A stretch of DNA of 63,740 bases, counting the filler, from Craspedostauros australis (lineage: Eukaryota): NCBI GenBank assembly GCA_030167865.1. It is 4 parts of 4 records of this genome, joined end to end, with 100 filler letters (N's around TTAATTAATTAA, not from the genome) between each part and the next. Parts side by side here need not be neighbours in the genome. Positions count along the whole stretch, not along the records: positions 1 to 30,445 come from JALAGF010006413.1; 3 more parts are not named here. The stretch is one strand, 5' to 3'. Below, in pieces: positions 1 through 13,693 of the stretch (the first letter of the stretch is position 1; each line of letters opens with the position of its first letter). Below the pieces are notes generated by a model, which did no database searches, was not told the DNA's origin, and worked only from the letters and a program-made list of their open reading frames with translations. The translations under genes and the position numbers were made by a program.

Positions 1-1606
1 GGAAAAGGAAAATTCACAACACGACCAACGTGACGTGTTGGACAAACCCTTCGGAAGCCCGATGGCGTCATCAGTCAACCATAAATATGGCATTGCATGA
101 ACCGACCATCATGATTGGCTGGATGGTTAGTGGCGTTATGTCAAAACTCTTATTTGGTGGGAACGCAATGATGTCTGCGACAGGTCACGAAGATACCGAT
201 GTCCACAACACGAGGGGAGTTCTCACCTTTCCTTTCAAACAAATATCGATTGCGTACTTGTGAACACAAATAAAATGTCAAATAGAAAATCGATGTTTCG
301 TGATTTTGTCATTGCGTCGTTCTTCGCGTGTTGTACCATGTTGTATTTCGTCTGTGGAACTGGAGGACGGTTTGGACTTAAGGAGCAGAGCGTGACGTCA
401 CATTAAGAATTAACCTTCCGACCATTCGGACAAGTGAAAGCACACGAACCAACTCTTGCACAGTGTTTCAGTGACAGAAACGTGGAGGCATGGCGCCAGA
501 CAAGCAGTCTAAATGTGGAGATGCTGTTCTCTGTTTTATGGTATGGTTTAATTGGTATCTGCATACATTGGTACATCAACTATTGATGATACTGCGATGG
601 GTACCGAAGGTCAACAAGGATGCGTCAGACCAGGGTGGGAGGCGACTGGGAACAGGGTCTCCCGCAGCTCCCAAAGTTGGGCACTACGACACGGCGTCGA
701 ACCGATGACAAAAACGATAAGTTGCAATCATTTCGGAACGGAGGAATATAACATAGAATAATAATATTTTATATTATTATGGTGGCCTCCAATGGAGAAA
801 ACAACATGACGAGAGCGAGTTGTAGAGTCAAGCGAGTCCTGTAGCTCGTATTGATCGAAGATCCTGTGACGTAGGTAGAGATACAATGTAACCGAGGCGG
901 AGTGCTTGTGGCTGGAACAAGACAAGGGTGGGAAAACAGAGCGTGCGTTTTCGTTGGATTCGTGGCGCGCGATCATACGTAATCCGGTTCAAAACGAGGA
1001 GTATATCATCAATACAACACTTAAGGCTAATCAATAGAGACTGTCATCTGTGTGCTTGGGAGCATTTTCACTTCACATCCTGCGCACGCCAGTCAGAATC
1101 ATTCGTGGGGGGCGAGATGCGAGCATCGAAAACGAAATCGTGATCGCATCGCAGTGCAGGAGACTCCGCACACGAGAAGAGGCCAACCAAATATTTGGTT
1201 ATCGAAGCGGGAGTAGAGCGTTGGAGTCTATTCTGCCTACTCTATTCCTATGACTCACCAATACTCTCACAACGGATGGAACGGAGGAGACGGAGTTGTC
1301 TGCGATGGGATCCTGTTCTCGCACATATCATCGCAGCGGTGGTTCACTTCGGCGGAAGGCAAGTGGAGTCCGAAGGACACTCGAGGAAGGTTATTCGTAG
1401 ACCAATCACTGGGACCGTCGCAATGCCTTGTCATACTATGCACAGTAGCACTAAAACATTACGGAAAAGATGTATCAACTGACAGCCCTCAAACTCCCAT
1501 GGTCATAATGCAAAAACATCCTGGCGAAATAGTACAATCATCCGCCGGAATTGCATGACCCCTCATACGAATTCTACACATACACAAGCAGCCTCGCTCA
1601 CGCAAT

Positions 1607-2116
1607 ATGATTTTCATTGTTGCCATGCCCCCGTCCATCGCTGGATTCGCAACTACTATTGCACGGGTCTCTATTACTGCATGCAGCGCTGTTGCGACTC
1701 CAGAGGTGGCGGCCGTGGTTGTGGTGATAGCTGGAGTTGCTGTCGTAGCCTACGCTCTCGGCCGAAATTCGAACAGAGCGTCCCACCAAGAACACGATGG
1801 AAATGAACAAGTCGCTAAACGCGAGGCCAACATCCTCCATTCAAACGACCAATCCACCTCGGGCCCGACAGAACGTGAAATCTCCCAAGAGCGCATGCCA
1901 GACCACAGAGACTACGTGCTTGCGCTGGAGAAGGAAAACAATGAGCTGCATGAGAAAGTTGCAGCCCTAACTCTAGAGAAGGAGAGAATGGGTGACCGGT
2001 TGGACCGGTTGGAAAGGATGATGGATCGTCTTATGTCCCCTGACGACGACACTGAGGACGACACTGACGACGACACTGACGACGACAATAAGGACGACGC
2101 GAACAACGATCACTGA
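1607..2116 (+). CDS. Hypothetical protein: N-terminal hydrophobic/TM segment, coiled coil, acidic Asp/Thr tail
   Basis: 169-aa ATG-initiated ORF; hydrophobic VAAVVVVIAGVAVVAYAL; heptad-like LEKENNELHEKVAALTLEKERMGDRLDRLERMM; DDDT-type repeat tail. No family recognised. Confidence 0.5.
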   Translation: MIFIVAMPPSIAGFATTIARVSITACSAVATPEVAAVVVVIAGVAVVAYALGRNSNRASHQEHDGNEQVAKREANILHSNDQSTSGPTEREISQERMPDHRDYVLALEKENNELHEKVAALTLEKERMGDRLDRLERMMDRLMSPDDDTEDDTDDDTDDDNKDDANNDH

Positions 2117-2825
2117 ATCAAGTCCATGCGAAAGGAGGCCTCCCAGTTGTGCAACCGCGAAACCCAATGTGGGCGTCAGCACAGATGGGTCCATCGCGAG
2201 ATCTCCCATGGAATAGCTCAAGCAGAAAAGTACCGCGGCGTGTAGCACACAAACAACCAAGAGGAATGGCAGCCTCTACGAATACAGGTTCTATTCCACA
2301 TGCATGAAAGCAACTGACACCGTCATTGATTTCGCAATACCATCGAGCATGCAGCAAGGCATGGCCATTAATAAGAGAGCATTCATAGCACAGCAAGGAT
2401 GATAAAAATAGAGTCCATTTGACTGGCAGTGTTGCTCCCGATGCGCTTCAGCGGCGTGGAAAGAGCTCTGTCGTTTCCATCGTGCAACTCGAGATGATAC
2501 AAGCATGACGGCGTTCATCCTCAAATGCCATGTCGACAGGATCGCAACCACTCGAGCCAGCTCTCATGAAGTCAACGGGTCAATCACCCAGGATTTCGAT
2601 TCGAATCTCCCACAACACGCGAAGTGCTTACTCGGGATGATTGATGACATCTCCGCAAGTTTGCACATGTAGTAGTCGTACTGATGAACTCCGCATGCTT
2701 CCCTCAATCATGTTTGTTCACTGTCTGTGGGGCGAAGTACCGTGCAAATTTTCGGTCGATGATGCCGTGTGCTGTCTGCCACCAGCCATCAAAACGCAGC
2801 AGTCCCATTTGTACTCCGTGGATCC

Positions 2826-3599
2826 ATGAGTATCGAACACGCACCACAGATCACGGGTTGGTCCAAAAACTTGAAAACGAGCCTGTGGATGGGCTTGAGG
2901 GGTACGACTTTGTGTCACAAATCCGCACAATCGATGAAGGAGAGAGCACGCTTCCAAATGGAAAAGAGTTGGCAAATGGGGCTGATCTTCCTCAGTCTGG
3001 CGACGGCTGGAGCTGCGTGTTTTGGAAGGTGCGTTTATCAATATCGGCATGAGATGAGCGCAAGAGAACGAGCGTGGGTAAAGAAAATCCAAGAAGAGGA
3101 CCGATTGATGGAAAAGGATATGGATGAGATCGAGGACGACACCGTTGCCATCGAGCAAGCGCAAGCAGCCGTGGCCCAATCAATCGAAAGTCTGTCCAGG
3201 GAAATGGACATCAGCAACGCTCGAATCGAGCGGGCAGAAAAACTCATCGTGGGGATGTCAACCTCCGCCAAGGCAGGGAGAATGAGCGCATCCGAACGTC
3301 TCAAGGAGAAGGGCGCTGCGATGAAACGCACGACGGCGGAGCTTGCGGCATCTCGGAAGAGTGCTCGTGCTGATTGCAGTTCCCCAGTCTCTGCGATCGT
3401 TCCAGACGATCCAGATTCCACCACCCCAAGCCACGTGGTGAAATACGAGAGAGAATCTTTCGGCGAAGAGCCACGGTCGGTTCAATCCACTCCGACGAAG
3501 AAGTCGATGGAGGATGCTGTCATGGCCAACGAGTGGACGAGTGAATGGAACGATACTTGCGAGTGGGGATACCACAACAGCACCGGCCCAACCAAGTGA
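2826..3599 (+). CDS. Hypothetical protein with single TM segment followed by a coiled coil
   Basis: ORF with first in-frame ATG at 2826; GLIFLSLATAGAACFG followed by a charged helical region (KKIQEEDRLMEKDMDEIEDD...). Confidence 0.45.
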   Translation: MSIEHAPQITGWSKNLKTSLWMGLRGTTLCHKSAQSMKERARFQMEKSWQMGLIFLSLATAGAACFGRCVYQYRHEMSARERAWVKKIQEEDRLMEKDMDEIEDDTVAIEQAQAAVAQSIESLSREMDISNARIERAEKLIVGMSTSAKAGRMSASERLKEKGAAMKRTTAELAASRKSARADCSSPVSAIVPDDPDSTTPSHVVKYERESFGEEPRSVQSTPTKKSMEDAVMANEWTSEWNDTCEWGYHNSTGPTK

Positions 3600-4478
3600 A
3601 TAGACCGAACGTCAATCATAACCCATCAAAGATCAACTGTTTCGCACACTTCAAGCCGTTGTTGATGGTCTGCAGTTGTTTGTGTCGGTTCGGGTTTCGA
3701 TGCGTTTCTCCTCCGTTTGTGCTCGTCGCACGTTTGCAACCCAACGTCCGCGTTTGTATTTTACTGTCCGCATCATGCCTTTCGACCAAACGGACCAACT
3801 CTGACGAACAACATCGTTCGTCAACAGCTGACTTCTGATTGGTGGAGGAAGGCGTTCGCAATCGTGTTCACTCTTGCTTCACCATCACGTAATTCCGAAG
3901 ACGCTTCGCATCGCATTCATCTCGTCATCACATTCATCTCGTCATCACAACACGCGGCGCGAAGAATACACGGAGATCGCACAGAAAAGAAGCGAAAATG
4001 AAACCTGACACACAAGGGAGGACGACAGCAACAACAAGATTGCATGGTGTGGTGACCTCCCTCTTGATGTGCACATGCAGGTTGCACACGATTGGTGATG
4101 TGGAATGCCATTTGACCACCTGTTTTGGATTTGAATTGGATTGGTGTCAATCATGAGACACAGTGCGTCAGCTGATCACAAGGCAACAATCATCACACCG
4201 TACTCATAGTCGCACGAGCCACACCTCCAAGGACTTCAATCACAACGAGTCGCAAGGGCGATAGCCAAAGACGCAAGCAGAGGGCGCAACGATACTTGCA
4301 TAGCTCATGGACGAGGAATAGAATCCTATACTGTTACACTCAAAACAATAAATAGAATACGACGGAGGAAGCTGGAGCAACCAACGCAGAGCAGCAGGCA
4401 CCAACACAACCAAGCAAACACAAGAGGAACATACAAGTACTCGTACAAGAGCTGAGCCAGATCAAGTTGAGCTTCATC

Positions 4479-7400
4479 ATGGAGGAATCCCCACCGCAAG
4501 GCATCGGAGCCGTCATTGCAGCCGCGGACGCGGAAGCGGCACGAACAGAAGGCGGGCAGCCTGAGCATGAAAACGATCACTTTCCGATGCTGGGAACTCC
4601 ACTCGTGCACCGGCGTTCCATTCTACCGACGGAGCCACTGCAGAGTCACGTCACCTTCGATGGGTCCATTCTGGATCCTCCCAGTTCCGCCCACTCGGCA
4701 TCGTTGCGTGGAGCGGCGCGTGAAATGTTGGGTTTGGCCACGCGACGAAGTCGTCGATCCATCGTTGACATCCGACGTGCATCCACTCTTGGGATCACCG
4801 AGCAATCCTCATTCTTTGAGAACGTGAACAACGATAGGGAGGAAAATGATGACGGTGAACACAGCAACGACAACGATGAGATGGACGGATCGCTTATTTG
4901 CGAAAGCGTCCACACCGGTTCGTACGGGTCCGTTTCCGCGAAAGCGCACCACGGTGGATCCGTCACGAACAACATCCACAACCTCAAGGAAATCGATCCC
5001 GAATCGATGGCGTTGTTAGGTTCAAGCAAACACATGCTTGGGCAGACCAGTTGGAATGGCAAGGCCAACGGAGCACGACCATCGCCGTCATCGTCGCCGC
5101 GACCATCTTCCCATGACACGGTCCAGTACATCATCCAGCAGGTTTCGGCGGTCGCAGTCGTCTCGCTTCTCAATATGATGGTCGCCATTCCATTCGGCGC
5201 CTCGTACTTTCCTGTTGGGTGGAAGGCCACGGATGGTACAGAAGCAAACGGGGACCATGGCGAAGATGACGGGGTGGATGGCGCATTTCCATTGTCAGGC
5301 AAGGTCGCTCTGGGAATCCGCATGTTCCTGTTTGCAACGGCGGTTGGGCAATTGGTGGGGAGCTTCGCCAGCAAGTTCACGAATCCGGTCTACGTGAGTT
5401 ACCACACAAGTGCTCTACATTATTTGAGAATGGAACGGGCATGGTGTCTGTTTGCATTTGTTACAAATTCTGCCCAGTCCTGGCCTGTCCATCAAGCGCT
5501 CAACTGATCAACCAACCGGTCGATCCGCACATCACCGATTCCTTGTTTTTCGTGCTTTCTCGATCTTTCGCATCAGCTCCAAATGGTGGAGAACATCCCT
5601 TTCCTCCATGCCTTGGCGTACATCGTCATTCGCGAGCAAGGATACGGCATGGACGCCTTGTCCACCCTTTTCTTCATCTTCGGCATGTCGAGCGTCGTCG
5701 TTGGAATCACATTTTACACGCTCGGAAAGATGCAGCTAGGACGCATTGTGTACTTCTTCCCCAGCCACGTCCTGGTGGGTTGCATCGGTGGGATCGGCGC
5801 ATTCATCATGACCACAGCGATTGAAGTCACCAACAACGTCTCCTTCACATTCGACAAGGCTGGCATCCAAGGGTTCGCGGACAACTTCCACCTCTTCGCC
5901 GTCGTCCTCTTCTTCGAAATCACGCTGCGCATCCTCATCGTCGTGACCCAAGATAAAGATGGACGTCCACGATTCCAGCTCTTGACGCCGATCTTCTACT
6001 GCCTCATCACACCAATGTTCTACCTTGGTATGATCATTGTTGGCATGGATATGGACACGGCACGGTCGAAGGGGTACTTCTTCCCAGCCATGGGGGAGAC
6101 GGCCGAAGCCACAGCCGATCAAGCAGCAGGAGCTGCCATATCGGATTCGATACTGTGGACAGCTCTTTCTGACGAGCACATGTTCGACATCTTCAAGATC
6201 ATTGACATCCGTACGGTGTCATGGACGGCGATCTACCACTGCACTGGCACCATCGTCGCCCTTGCCGCATTCTCATTGATCCACGTCCCCATCAACATCC
6301 CCGCCTTCGCCATTTCGACCGATGTCGACACCGACATGAACGCGGAACTGATTTCGCACGGGTATTCCAACTTCGCTTCGGGCATCTTCGGAGGATTGCA
6401 GAACTACATGTGCTACTCCAACTCGGTGCTGTATGCCAAGTCGGGAGGCGAGGGCAGGATATCATCGTTGGGCGCGACGTTTGCTTCCGTTTTCCTTTTC
6501 GTAGTCGGTCCGGCCATTACTTCGTACCTCCCACGATGCATGGCCGGCACGCTGCTCCTTCACATCGGGATCGATCTCGTCCTGGAGGGCGTATACGATT
6601 CGCTGGGCGACTATGATAACTGGGAGTACGCTGCCATTTGGGTGATTGCGCTCGTGATGACGTTCTGGGGGATGACGGCAGCATTGCTGGCTGGTGTCAT
6701 CGCGGCCATGTCCACCTACGCCGTCCAGTCCATGACGTTCCAAAATCCCATCCGGCAAGTCATGAAAGCAACCACACTTCGGAGCAGCGCATGGAATCGA
6801 TGCGCCACGTCGCGACGGATTCTGCGCGATCATCACACGGGACGATCGCGCATCCTCATCTTCCAACTCAACGGTCACCTGTTCTTCGGCAATGTGGCGC
6901 AGATGACGGACACTATCAAGGAAACGCTGACGGAGCAAAAGAAGACGGATGAAATACCGTTGATCGTGATCATCGATTTCACTCTAGTGGTCGGCATGGA
7001 TTCGAGCGCGGCGCATGCCGTGCACAAGCTGAAGAAGATCATCCACAGACTCTTCCTTGTGGAGGTGTGCATCTTCGTGACTGGCACGGATCGCGGTGGG
7101 TTCCCATGCGAATACGCCCTCACGCAGGCACTGAACATGGAATCGGGCATCGCGCCACCCGCTCCAGAATTGGATGATGGCGTCGACTGGAACGACATTG
7201 GCGGTCACCAACAACACGATCAACCGCAGCCGCAAAATCATCATTCGAACTCGGATGCGAATGCAAATGACGACGTGAGCACCAGCGGTTTCGGTGGACG
7301 AGTGAGACGCGGTTCAATCTCTGTCGCGCCGGACACTGCATCGATGCTGGCAACTCGCAAGTTGATGCGCCACTGCACTGGCTGCGTGTGCGAATCATTG

Positions 7401-8000
7401 GACGAAGCGTTGATCTTTGCGGAGGACGTGCTCGTGCTGCGAGTAGACGATAACATCGAGAACGGCGGAAGCGTCTATGGTCCGAAGGGAAGCCGCCAGC
7501 CGCCAGAAGATCCCATCTCCTTCTCTCTGTCTCCGGATGATGAATTGGATTTGGCCAGGTGGGCATTGTCCGATCTGTTCGTGAACATCGACAAGCACCA
7601 TGCCTCCGTTGCTGTTGAGACCATGCTGTCCATCTTCGAGCGCAAGGAGTACAGGAAGGATGAAATGCTGTGGGAGGAGGACGACAGCAGCTCCAACGCC
7701 TTGTTCTTGGTCACTGGAACGCTCCTCGCCTACCTGAAGGGCACCACGACATCTGAGATTGTCTACCGCGGCAACTTCGTGGGTGAGCTCGGTCTCGTGA
7801 ACGGCACGAACCGTCTCGCGAGCTTGCGCTGTCTATCGGAGAAGGCCGTGGTGTACGTGATCGACAAGGCCGCGTGGGAGCGCTTGAAGCGCGACAACGT
7901 CAAGGTGGCGGCCATGTTCAACGACATCGTGATTCTGTACATGGCTCACCGCGTACAGCACGTCAGCAATCGCTACTTCGGTGCGATGATGCCAATTTGA
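4479..8000 (+). CDS. SulP/SLC26-family transporter with STAS and C-terminal cyclic-nucleotide-binding domain (yeast Vsb1/Ygr125w-like); exons 4479-5393 and 5577-8000
   Basis: Phase-0 intron 5394-5576 (GTGAGT...CATCAG) joins NPVY|LQMVENIPF. Motifs FPSHVLVGCIGGIG, HVPINIPAF, ELISHGYSN, LQNYMCYSNS; STAS QLNGHLFFGN...IIDFTLVVGMDSSA; cNMP-like GNFVGELGL...RLASL. Confidence 0.9.
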
Positions 8001-8370
8001 AGTGGTGTGGACATCGGTCTGGAGACACGTAGAAAAGGAGGGAGCGGGACATTGGTGTAGAGTAGAGCAGAGAGTGCAGGAGAGAGGATAGCATGTTGTA
8101 TCATATTCTATAATATCATAGATGCGAGAAGCAGCAGTTCCGCACAGGTACGAACCCAGTACTCGTGGTCCTACTATACACAGCAAAGGGCATACAGCGC
8201 GGTGCTGAAACCACGAAGAGGCTAACGTTGCGGAATCCAGTTCATTAGATGGGGGGTTACGGTATAATATGTATATATCTACTATATTCGGTTGTCGAAA
8301 CAGAATTGGGCAATTTTTTGCGAAAATCAGTGTTTTCCTTCCTCGTGCTATGTCTCCGCGTTGTTATGAA

Positions 8371-8838
8371 TTATGGTGGTGATCCACCTTCTCCACTTGG
8401 CATCTTCGGCGTGCTCCGTATTCTGGCCAATAACTGCACTGAATACGAGTTGGATCGGGATCGGGATGGAGATCCAGAGTTAGATTCTGTCATGCGAGTA
8501 GCCGTGGATCCCTCAGCCACATGGTCGGCGAAGTCTTCGAGCAGCATCGTCTTGGCGGCATGGAGCTCGGCCAAGGTCATGATTTCTGTTTCCGTGGAGG
8601 AATCCGATGCAAACGATGATGCTCGCGAGATGACCGCGGAACACGAGTTTCCGGTTGGTTTGAAGATACCGTCGAGCTGCTGCTGACGATACTGTTGCTG
8701 ACGAAGGTAGTGAGGACTCTGATGCTGAGGATGTGGAGCAGCGTTGAGCTTGTTCAGCGCATTGTGGGGAGGCGACTTGGTCAAGGTTTCGATCCATTCG
8801 AATTCAGAATCGCTACAGCTGATCGGAGAGGAATTCAT
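8371..8838 (-). CDS. Small hypothetical Ser/Gln-rich protein
   Basis: ORF 8371-9144 with a plausible ATG at 8838 (MNSSPISCSDSEFEWIETL); low complexity, no family recognised. Confidence 0.35.
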   Translation of the reverse strand: MNSSPISCSDSEFEWIETLTKSPPHNALNKLNAAPHPQHQSPHYLRQQQYRQQQLDGIFKPTGNSCSAVISRASSFASDSSTETEIMTLAELHAAKTMLLEDFADHVAEGSTATRMTESNSGSPSRSRSNSYSVQLLARIRSTPKMPSGEGGSPP

Positions 8839-10272
8839 CGTAATTGGCGTTGCGAAAGAGATTGCTGGTGATAGTGATGATGACGACGACGTTGTTGTTG
8901 TTGTGGCTCCAGCAAACGCTGTTGTATGTGCTGCTGTTGGCTGTTCAGTTGCTGTTGCTGCTGCTGCTGTTACCGTCGAAGCGTCTTGGAATGGTTGCAA
9001 AGGGAGCATCAAATAGCAGGGATGTTCGTCGCCGTGGTCGCTTGGATTATGAGATCGAAAGCGGCCTGTCCTGACTTGACGTGGAATGTTGGCATCGTGT
9101 GCGCACATCTCTGTTTGAGGTTTGTGGATGGGACGAGGATTCACGGGAGATTAAACTCGAATTTCAAATTTTAAATTCCAAACCCTCGAACGTGACAGTT
9201 GGATGTTGATGTCGGTTTTGGATTGCGGGAGTTGATGAGATGAAACGAGATGGGATGTGATGGCTTCTGCGTGTTGCTCTATCGATCTGCCTCTGTTTTG
9301 TGACCCCCAATACCATGTGATGAGATGGTTCTCTTCCCTCTCCTTGGCTTGGCGCATCTTTGCTTCACACACTCGCAGCTGCGCCTTGTGGGGGAGAGGG
9401 AGAGTGGCCGATAACATTCTCACATTGATGTCGTCTCCATCCATGATGCTCACATTGACGGAAGCAACCATGTCCGAGTAGTCTCATCCATTTTTGCAAA
9501 CATCGGCAAGGTTTCGCTGTTGGTGAGAGCCATCTTCGCCATCTTCGTCACCGTGTTCCGTTCGATTGCTTGTGCGTCTGTTGCATCGGATGTTTCCCAA
9601 GTCGTACTTGGGCGCCGTTTGCGGTTTTGGTCGGAATGGGATCGGAACCTTGCAACTGTCACGATTGAGAGTATTGGGACGGTTGGGACTTGTCTCCGAC
9701 AACCATTCACAAGATGGCATTGTTGTTCGTGTTCGTGGCATGGTGTTGCGTGGTGTTTCGTGTTGTGAAGGGTTGGATGGAGAGTTGCGCCGTGTTGATG
9801 TCCTGTGTGTGATTTTGGATCGTGTTTTGGTTCGAATGATGTGGAGGGAGATGGTCGACGCGCTTGAAGCGGTAATATAAATACTCATGATGGAGTATTT
9901 CGAAATGATAGATTTCGGCAAGTTGACGTTTCTAGCTTGTGGTCTGTGTCACATGTGAGGACAAACCAATCACGTTTTGACTCGTCCGACCAACACCCTC
10001 ACAATTTCGCGCTTCCGTTTTCTCATCTCGTTGTGGCCACATTTACCCAAGTGCGGAACATCACTGGATGGGACCAAACGGCCTGTCATTGGAGCGCAAC
10101 TAATACTGCTAACAGCACCTCGCACTCACGCCTGTACTGCTCATACCACAATCATTACTGCTGCCGCTACCGCTACCGCCACCGCTAACGCTAATGCGAC
10201 CACCGCATGCGCTCCCCTGCCGTTCTCTGTTCTACGATTCAGCCTTGACTCAACCTCGATTCAAGTTTCTGT

Positions 10273-13194
10273 TCATTTTACGATGCCCCATTTCTCCAGC
10301 TGCGCCGCATCCACCACATCTTCTGGTCCGTCGGTTCGTTGCTGTTCAATTCGTTCCTTCAGTTCGCGAGGAATATTCTGAATCACGCTGCCATCCTCAC
10401 GCACATGAACTACCTCCCGAATAACCTTGACAACCGTCTCCGATCCAGTGTGCGGATGATACATGGTCGGTGGATTGGCACGAAGGAAGACGACGTAGAC
10501 TCCGTACAGTCCGAAGCACGTCCACAACAGCACCAAGTTTACCACGATGCAAAGCGTAGCTCCAATTTTGAGCCTGTGATTTGCCACGAAGTCGACAAGC
10601 GCATCGCCCTTGATTGGTGGTTTCGATGCCGTCGCATTCAAGCCGAATGGCATGGAACGTGCACCATGCGCGCCATCGTTGCTGTTGCGAATCCTTCTGC
10701 TCGTCCTTTTGTTCTTGTCGCTGGTGATCTCGGATTCATCATTTCCGGTGTCTTGGTCCATAGTCTTTGATGACATATGCCCATGCGCGGTTGGTCGACT
10801 TCGCAGCTGCTGTCGGTGTTGCTGTTCCAGCGCTTCATTCAACACTCGATGGAAATGTTCCGTCGGACTCTCTCCGGCGCGTGGAGCGGGATCTTCCCAT
10901 TGCGGCATCTGTTTCGAGAACCATTCAAAGCTGTTGTTTTTGTACGTGGCGCTGACTCGATTTCGGGAGCTAGCGAACTTGATGGGGTCGGACAGCTTCT
11001 CCAAAATGCCTTCCAAGTCGCTTGGTCCAGCTGCGGTTGCTTGTGGTTTGCTGTCGTCGTCACCGCCGTCGTTACGACGATTCATGGTCGTTTGTGGATG
11101 CTGTTGCTGTCGCCTACCCCTTGACGAATTCTTGGATTTTGAGTATCCCGAATCTTCCTTGGTGCGGGAGAATTTCGCCTTGCTCTGCTGTCTCTCGTGT
11201 TGCTGAAGCTGTATCTGACTGGCGCGTTCGCCGATTTGGTTCTGCAGCATCGCAACATCCAAATCCACCTTGCCATCCATGTCCCAGTCCAGGACTCTAG
11301 ATTTCGGTTTCTTAGCCGCCGCTTGCTTTGTTGGATTGTCGCTGCCGCCGTCGGCATCGTTGTTGGTGTCATTGGCCACGGGAATTTCCTGAATGGTCTC
11401 GGTCATCATGCTGACGTTGCAATTGTCAATTTGGATGGTCTGCTTGGGCACAGTGTTGGCGGAGGCTCCGCTCTGCGTCTGTGATGCAAACTGATCCCAG
11501 CTAACATTGGATGGAACGCTTTGGGCGACGTTCGTTTCCTCATCCATCTCGATATCTACCTTCAACGCAGCATCTGCGCTCTTTGCTTGCGCTGCAGGAC
11601 CACCATCCTCAGTTTCAAAACCCGACCTTGCGAGATCCTCGGCATCCACGTTCCCCAAACTGCTGAGAATGATCTCTTCAATTGTAGCAAGTGGATCATG
11701 GTGCGTGGAGAGATGGTTCCCGTGGGTTCGTTGCTGTGCTCGGAAATGCGCTTCATCCCGTCGCATGGTTCGATTCTTGCTCATCGGTTTGGTCGATGCG
11801 CCATTGTCAGCGTCACCAGCTGCCTCTTGCTCCTGCTCATTGCGCTGCTCGCGTTGACGTTTGCGATATGCTTTCTGATCCAATTCCTCTTGTTCCAAAG
11901 CGTAGCACAGATACGCCGTGACTTCTGCCAACGCCAACGTGGCGGATGGATCGGAAAGGACCTGGATGCCCGTCCAGCACAACTTGGATGCATCATGGAA
12001 CATGGCCTTGGTGGATCCATTCGACGCGACATCCACCAATCGGCAGCCCAGCACGGACATTTGCTCCAGCCATGCCAACATCTCCGGCGTGCTGCACCAA
12101 TCAATTCGTGAATGAGATATGGTTGGAGAGATGAAGTGAGGAGATGAATGGTGAGAACAGCAGTATGGCGGGGCATTGCATCGCATTGCATTTCACTGCA
12201 GTTGCGAATATCTAATCGCGTGCACCATGCTATCATCGCACATGCAAACAATTCCATACAGCGCACAATGCTCGTCCGCACATGGTACTCACTGCAACGC
12301 CTCCGTGAACTTGACGGTCCCCACCATGGCATCCACGATGGCTTGACGCGTCGCCGCGTTGCACAGAATCGATCGCAACGTCGCCAAGCACTGCAACAGC
12401 TGCGTCTGGAATTCCTGCCCATTCTCAGTGGCCGACAGTACGGACATGATATGATCAATGCTCGACGTGATGATGACGAACCACGTCTTGAGTCGGACGG
12501 GCGCATGCGTGCTCCACAGATGCTTGGTGTACGACAGCAGCGCGGGGATGAGAACGGCCTGCGTGACATGCAACGGTGGTTCCACGAGACGGCCCGTTGT
12601 GGCCATCGTGACGCCGCCGGCGATTTTGAATATTTCCAAGACGGTGGCCGTGATCCAATCCACCTTCGTGCCGTCGTCGTCATCGACCGTTGGCGACAGT
12701 CGTTGGTTGCGACGATAGTTACGTCCCTGCGTTGGATGGAACTGTCCTGATTCCGATCCGGCGGTGGTGGAGGATGCAGCGTTGCGAGCTCTGCGACGGA
12801 TCCTCACGCGTCCAGGCGATGTTGCGTTGGATCGCGATCTGTTGGCCGATGGCGTCTTGTCTCCACTGCTGCTGCCAGATGCACCGCCGTACCTCATCTC
12901 ATCATCGGAATCATTGCTGGAGATGCGATCGCGCGAATGTTCGTTGCCCATATGATCACCGCGACCATCATCCGCATCAGAGCTCACGTGGACCATGCGT
13001 TCGGAATCCTCCATGGCCCAACTCGAGACGTCCGCTTGCGTCGTGTTCGTTCGTGCGACGCTCGATGATGCTGCGGGGACACGTGAATCGAGCGGCATCG
13101 TGCGTTGGATATCGCCGTCGCCGACGCTGCCATTGCCAACATCCAAGTCGTCGTCGCTGCTCTGCGTGTGTCCGTCCATTGACATCGATCCCAT
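10273..13194 (-). CDS. Hypothetical protein, ~900 aa, with helical middle region and C-terminal TM; exons 13194-12293 and 12091-10273
   Basis: Intron 12292-12092 (GTGAGT...TGCAG) joins the 301-aa and 637-aa ORFs in frame (EALH-TPEM); hydrophobic IGATLCIVVNLVLLWTCFGLYGVYVVFL near the C-terminus. Confidence 0.75.
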
Positions 13195-13693
13195 CCACGT
13201 TGAAGCACAACGATGCGCAAATCGAATTGGTCTTCAACGATTGGCTTCTCTCTTCGATCTTTGTGGCTGCCGTCGTCTTCTTCATTCAACGCAATGCTGT
13301 GCTTGCGCCTCCGTATCTCTACTGTCTTGATGTTGGCCCTCTTGGATTGTGTGTCGTTGTTCTGTGCAGCAAAGACGATGCACTCATACGCCTTCTGTAC
13401 CAGCACGACTAATGTCTTGATGCGTCAACTCTGATGACAAATGATGTCGCCATCACGCGATGAATCCAACGTCAGATCTCCGTGATTGAAGTTGGTTGTT
13501 TTGGTCTTGGAACGGTTGAGTCGTGGGTATTATCTAGCCTTATCCATATAGTGTGTGGTCGCGAAATTGCACGGACGCAACCAACCATCGGTATGAATTG
13601 AGGATGTAAATCTAAGGAGAGTATTCGTTTAATGTGTACTCGTTATCGTACGTAATATTCTATGACAGTCGGTTGTTCGCACACTCCAAATGT

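Noticed and set aside
392..401. Palindromic GTGACGTCAC (CRE/bZIP-like site)
   Set aside because: A single short motif with no linked gene start; cannot be distinguished from chance.
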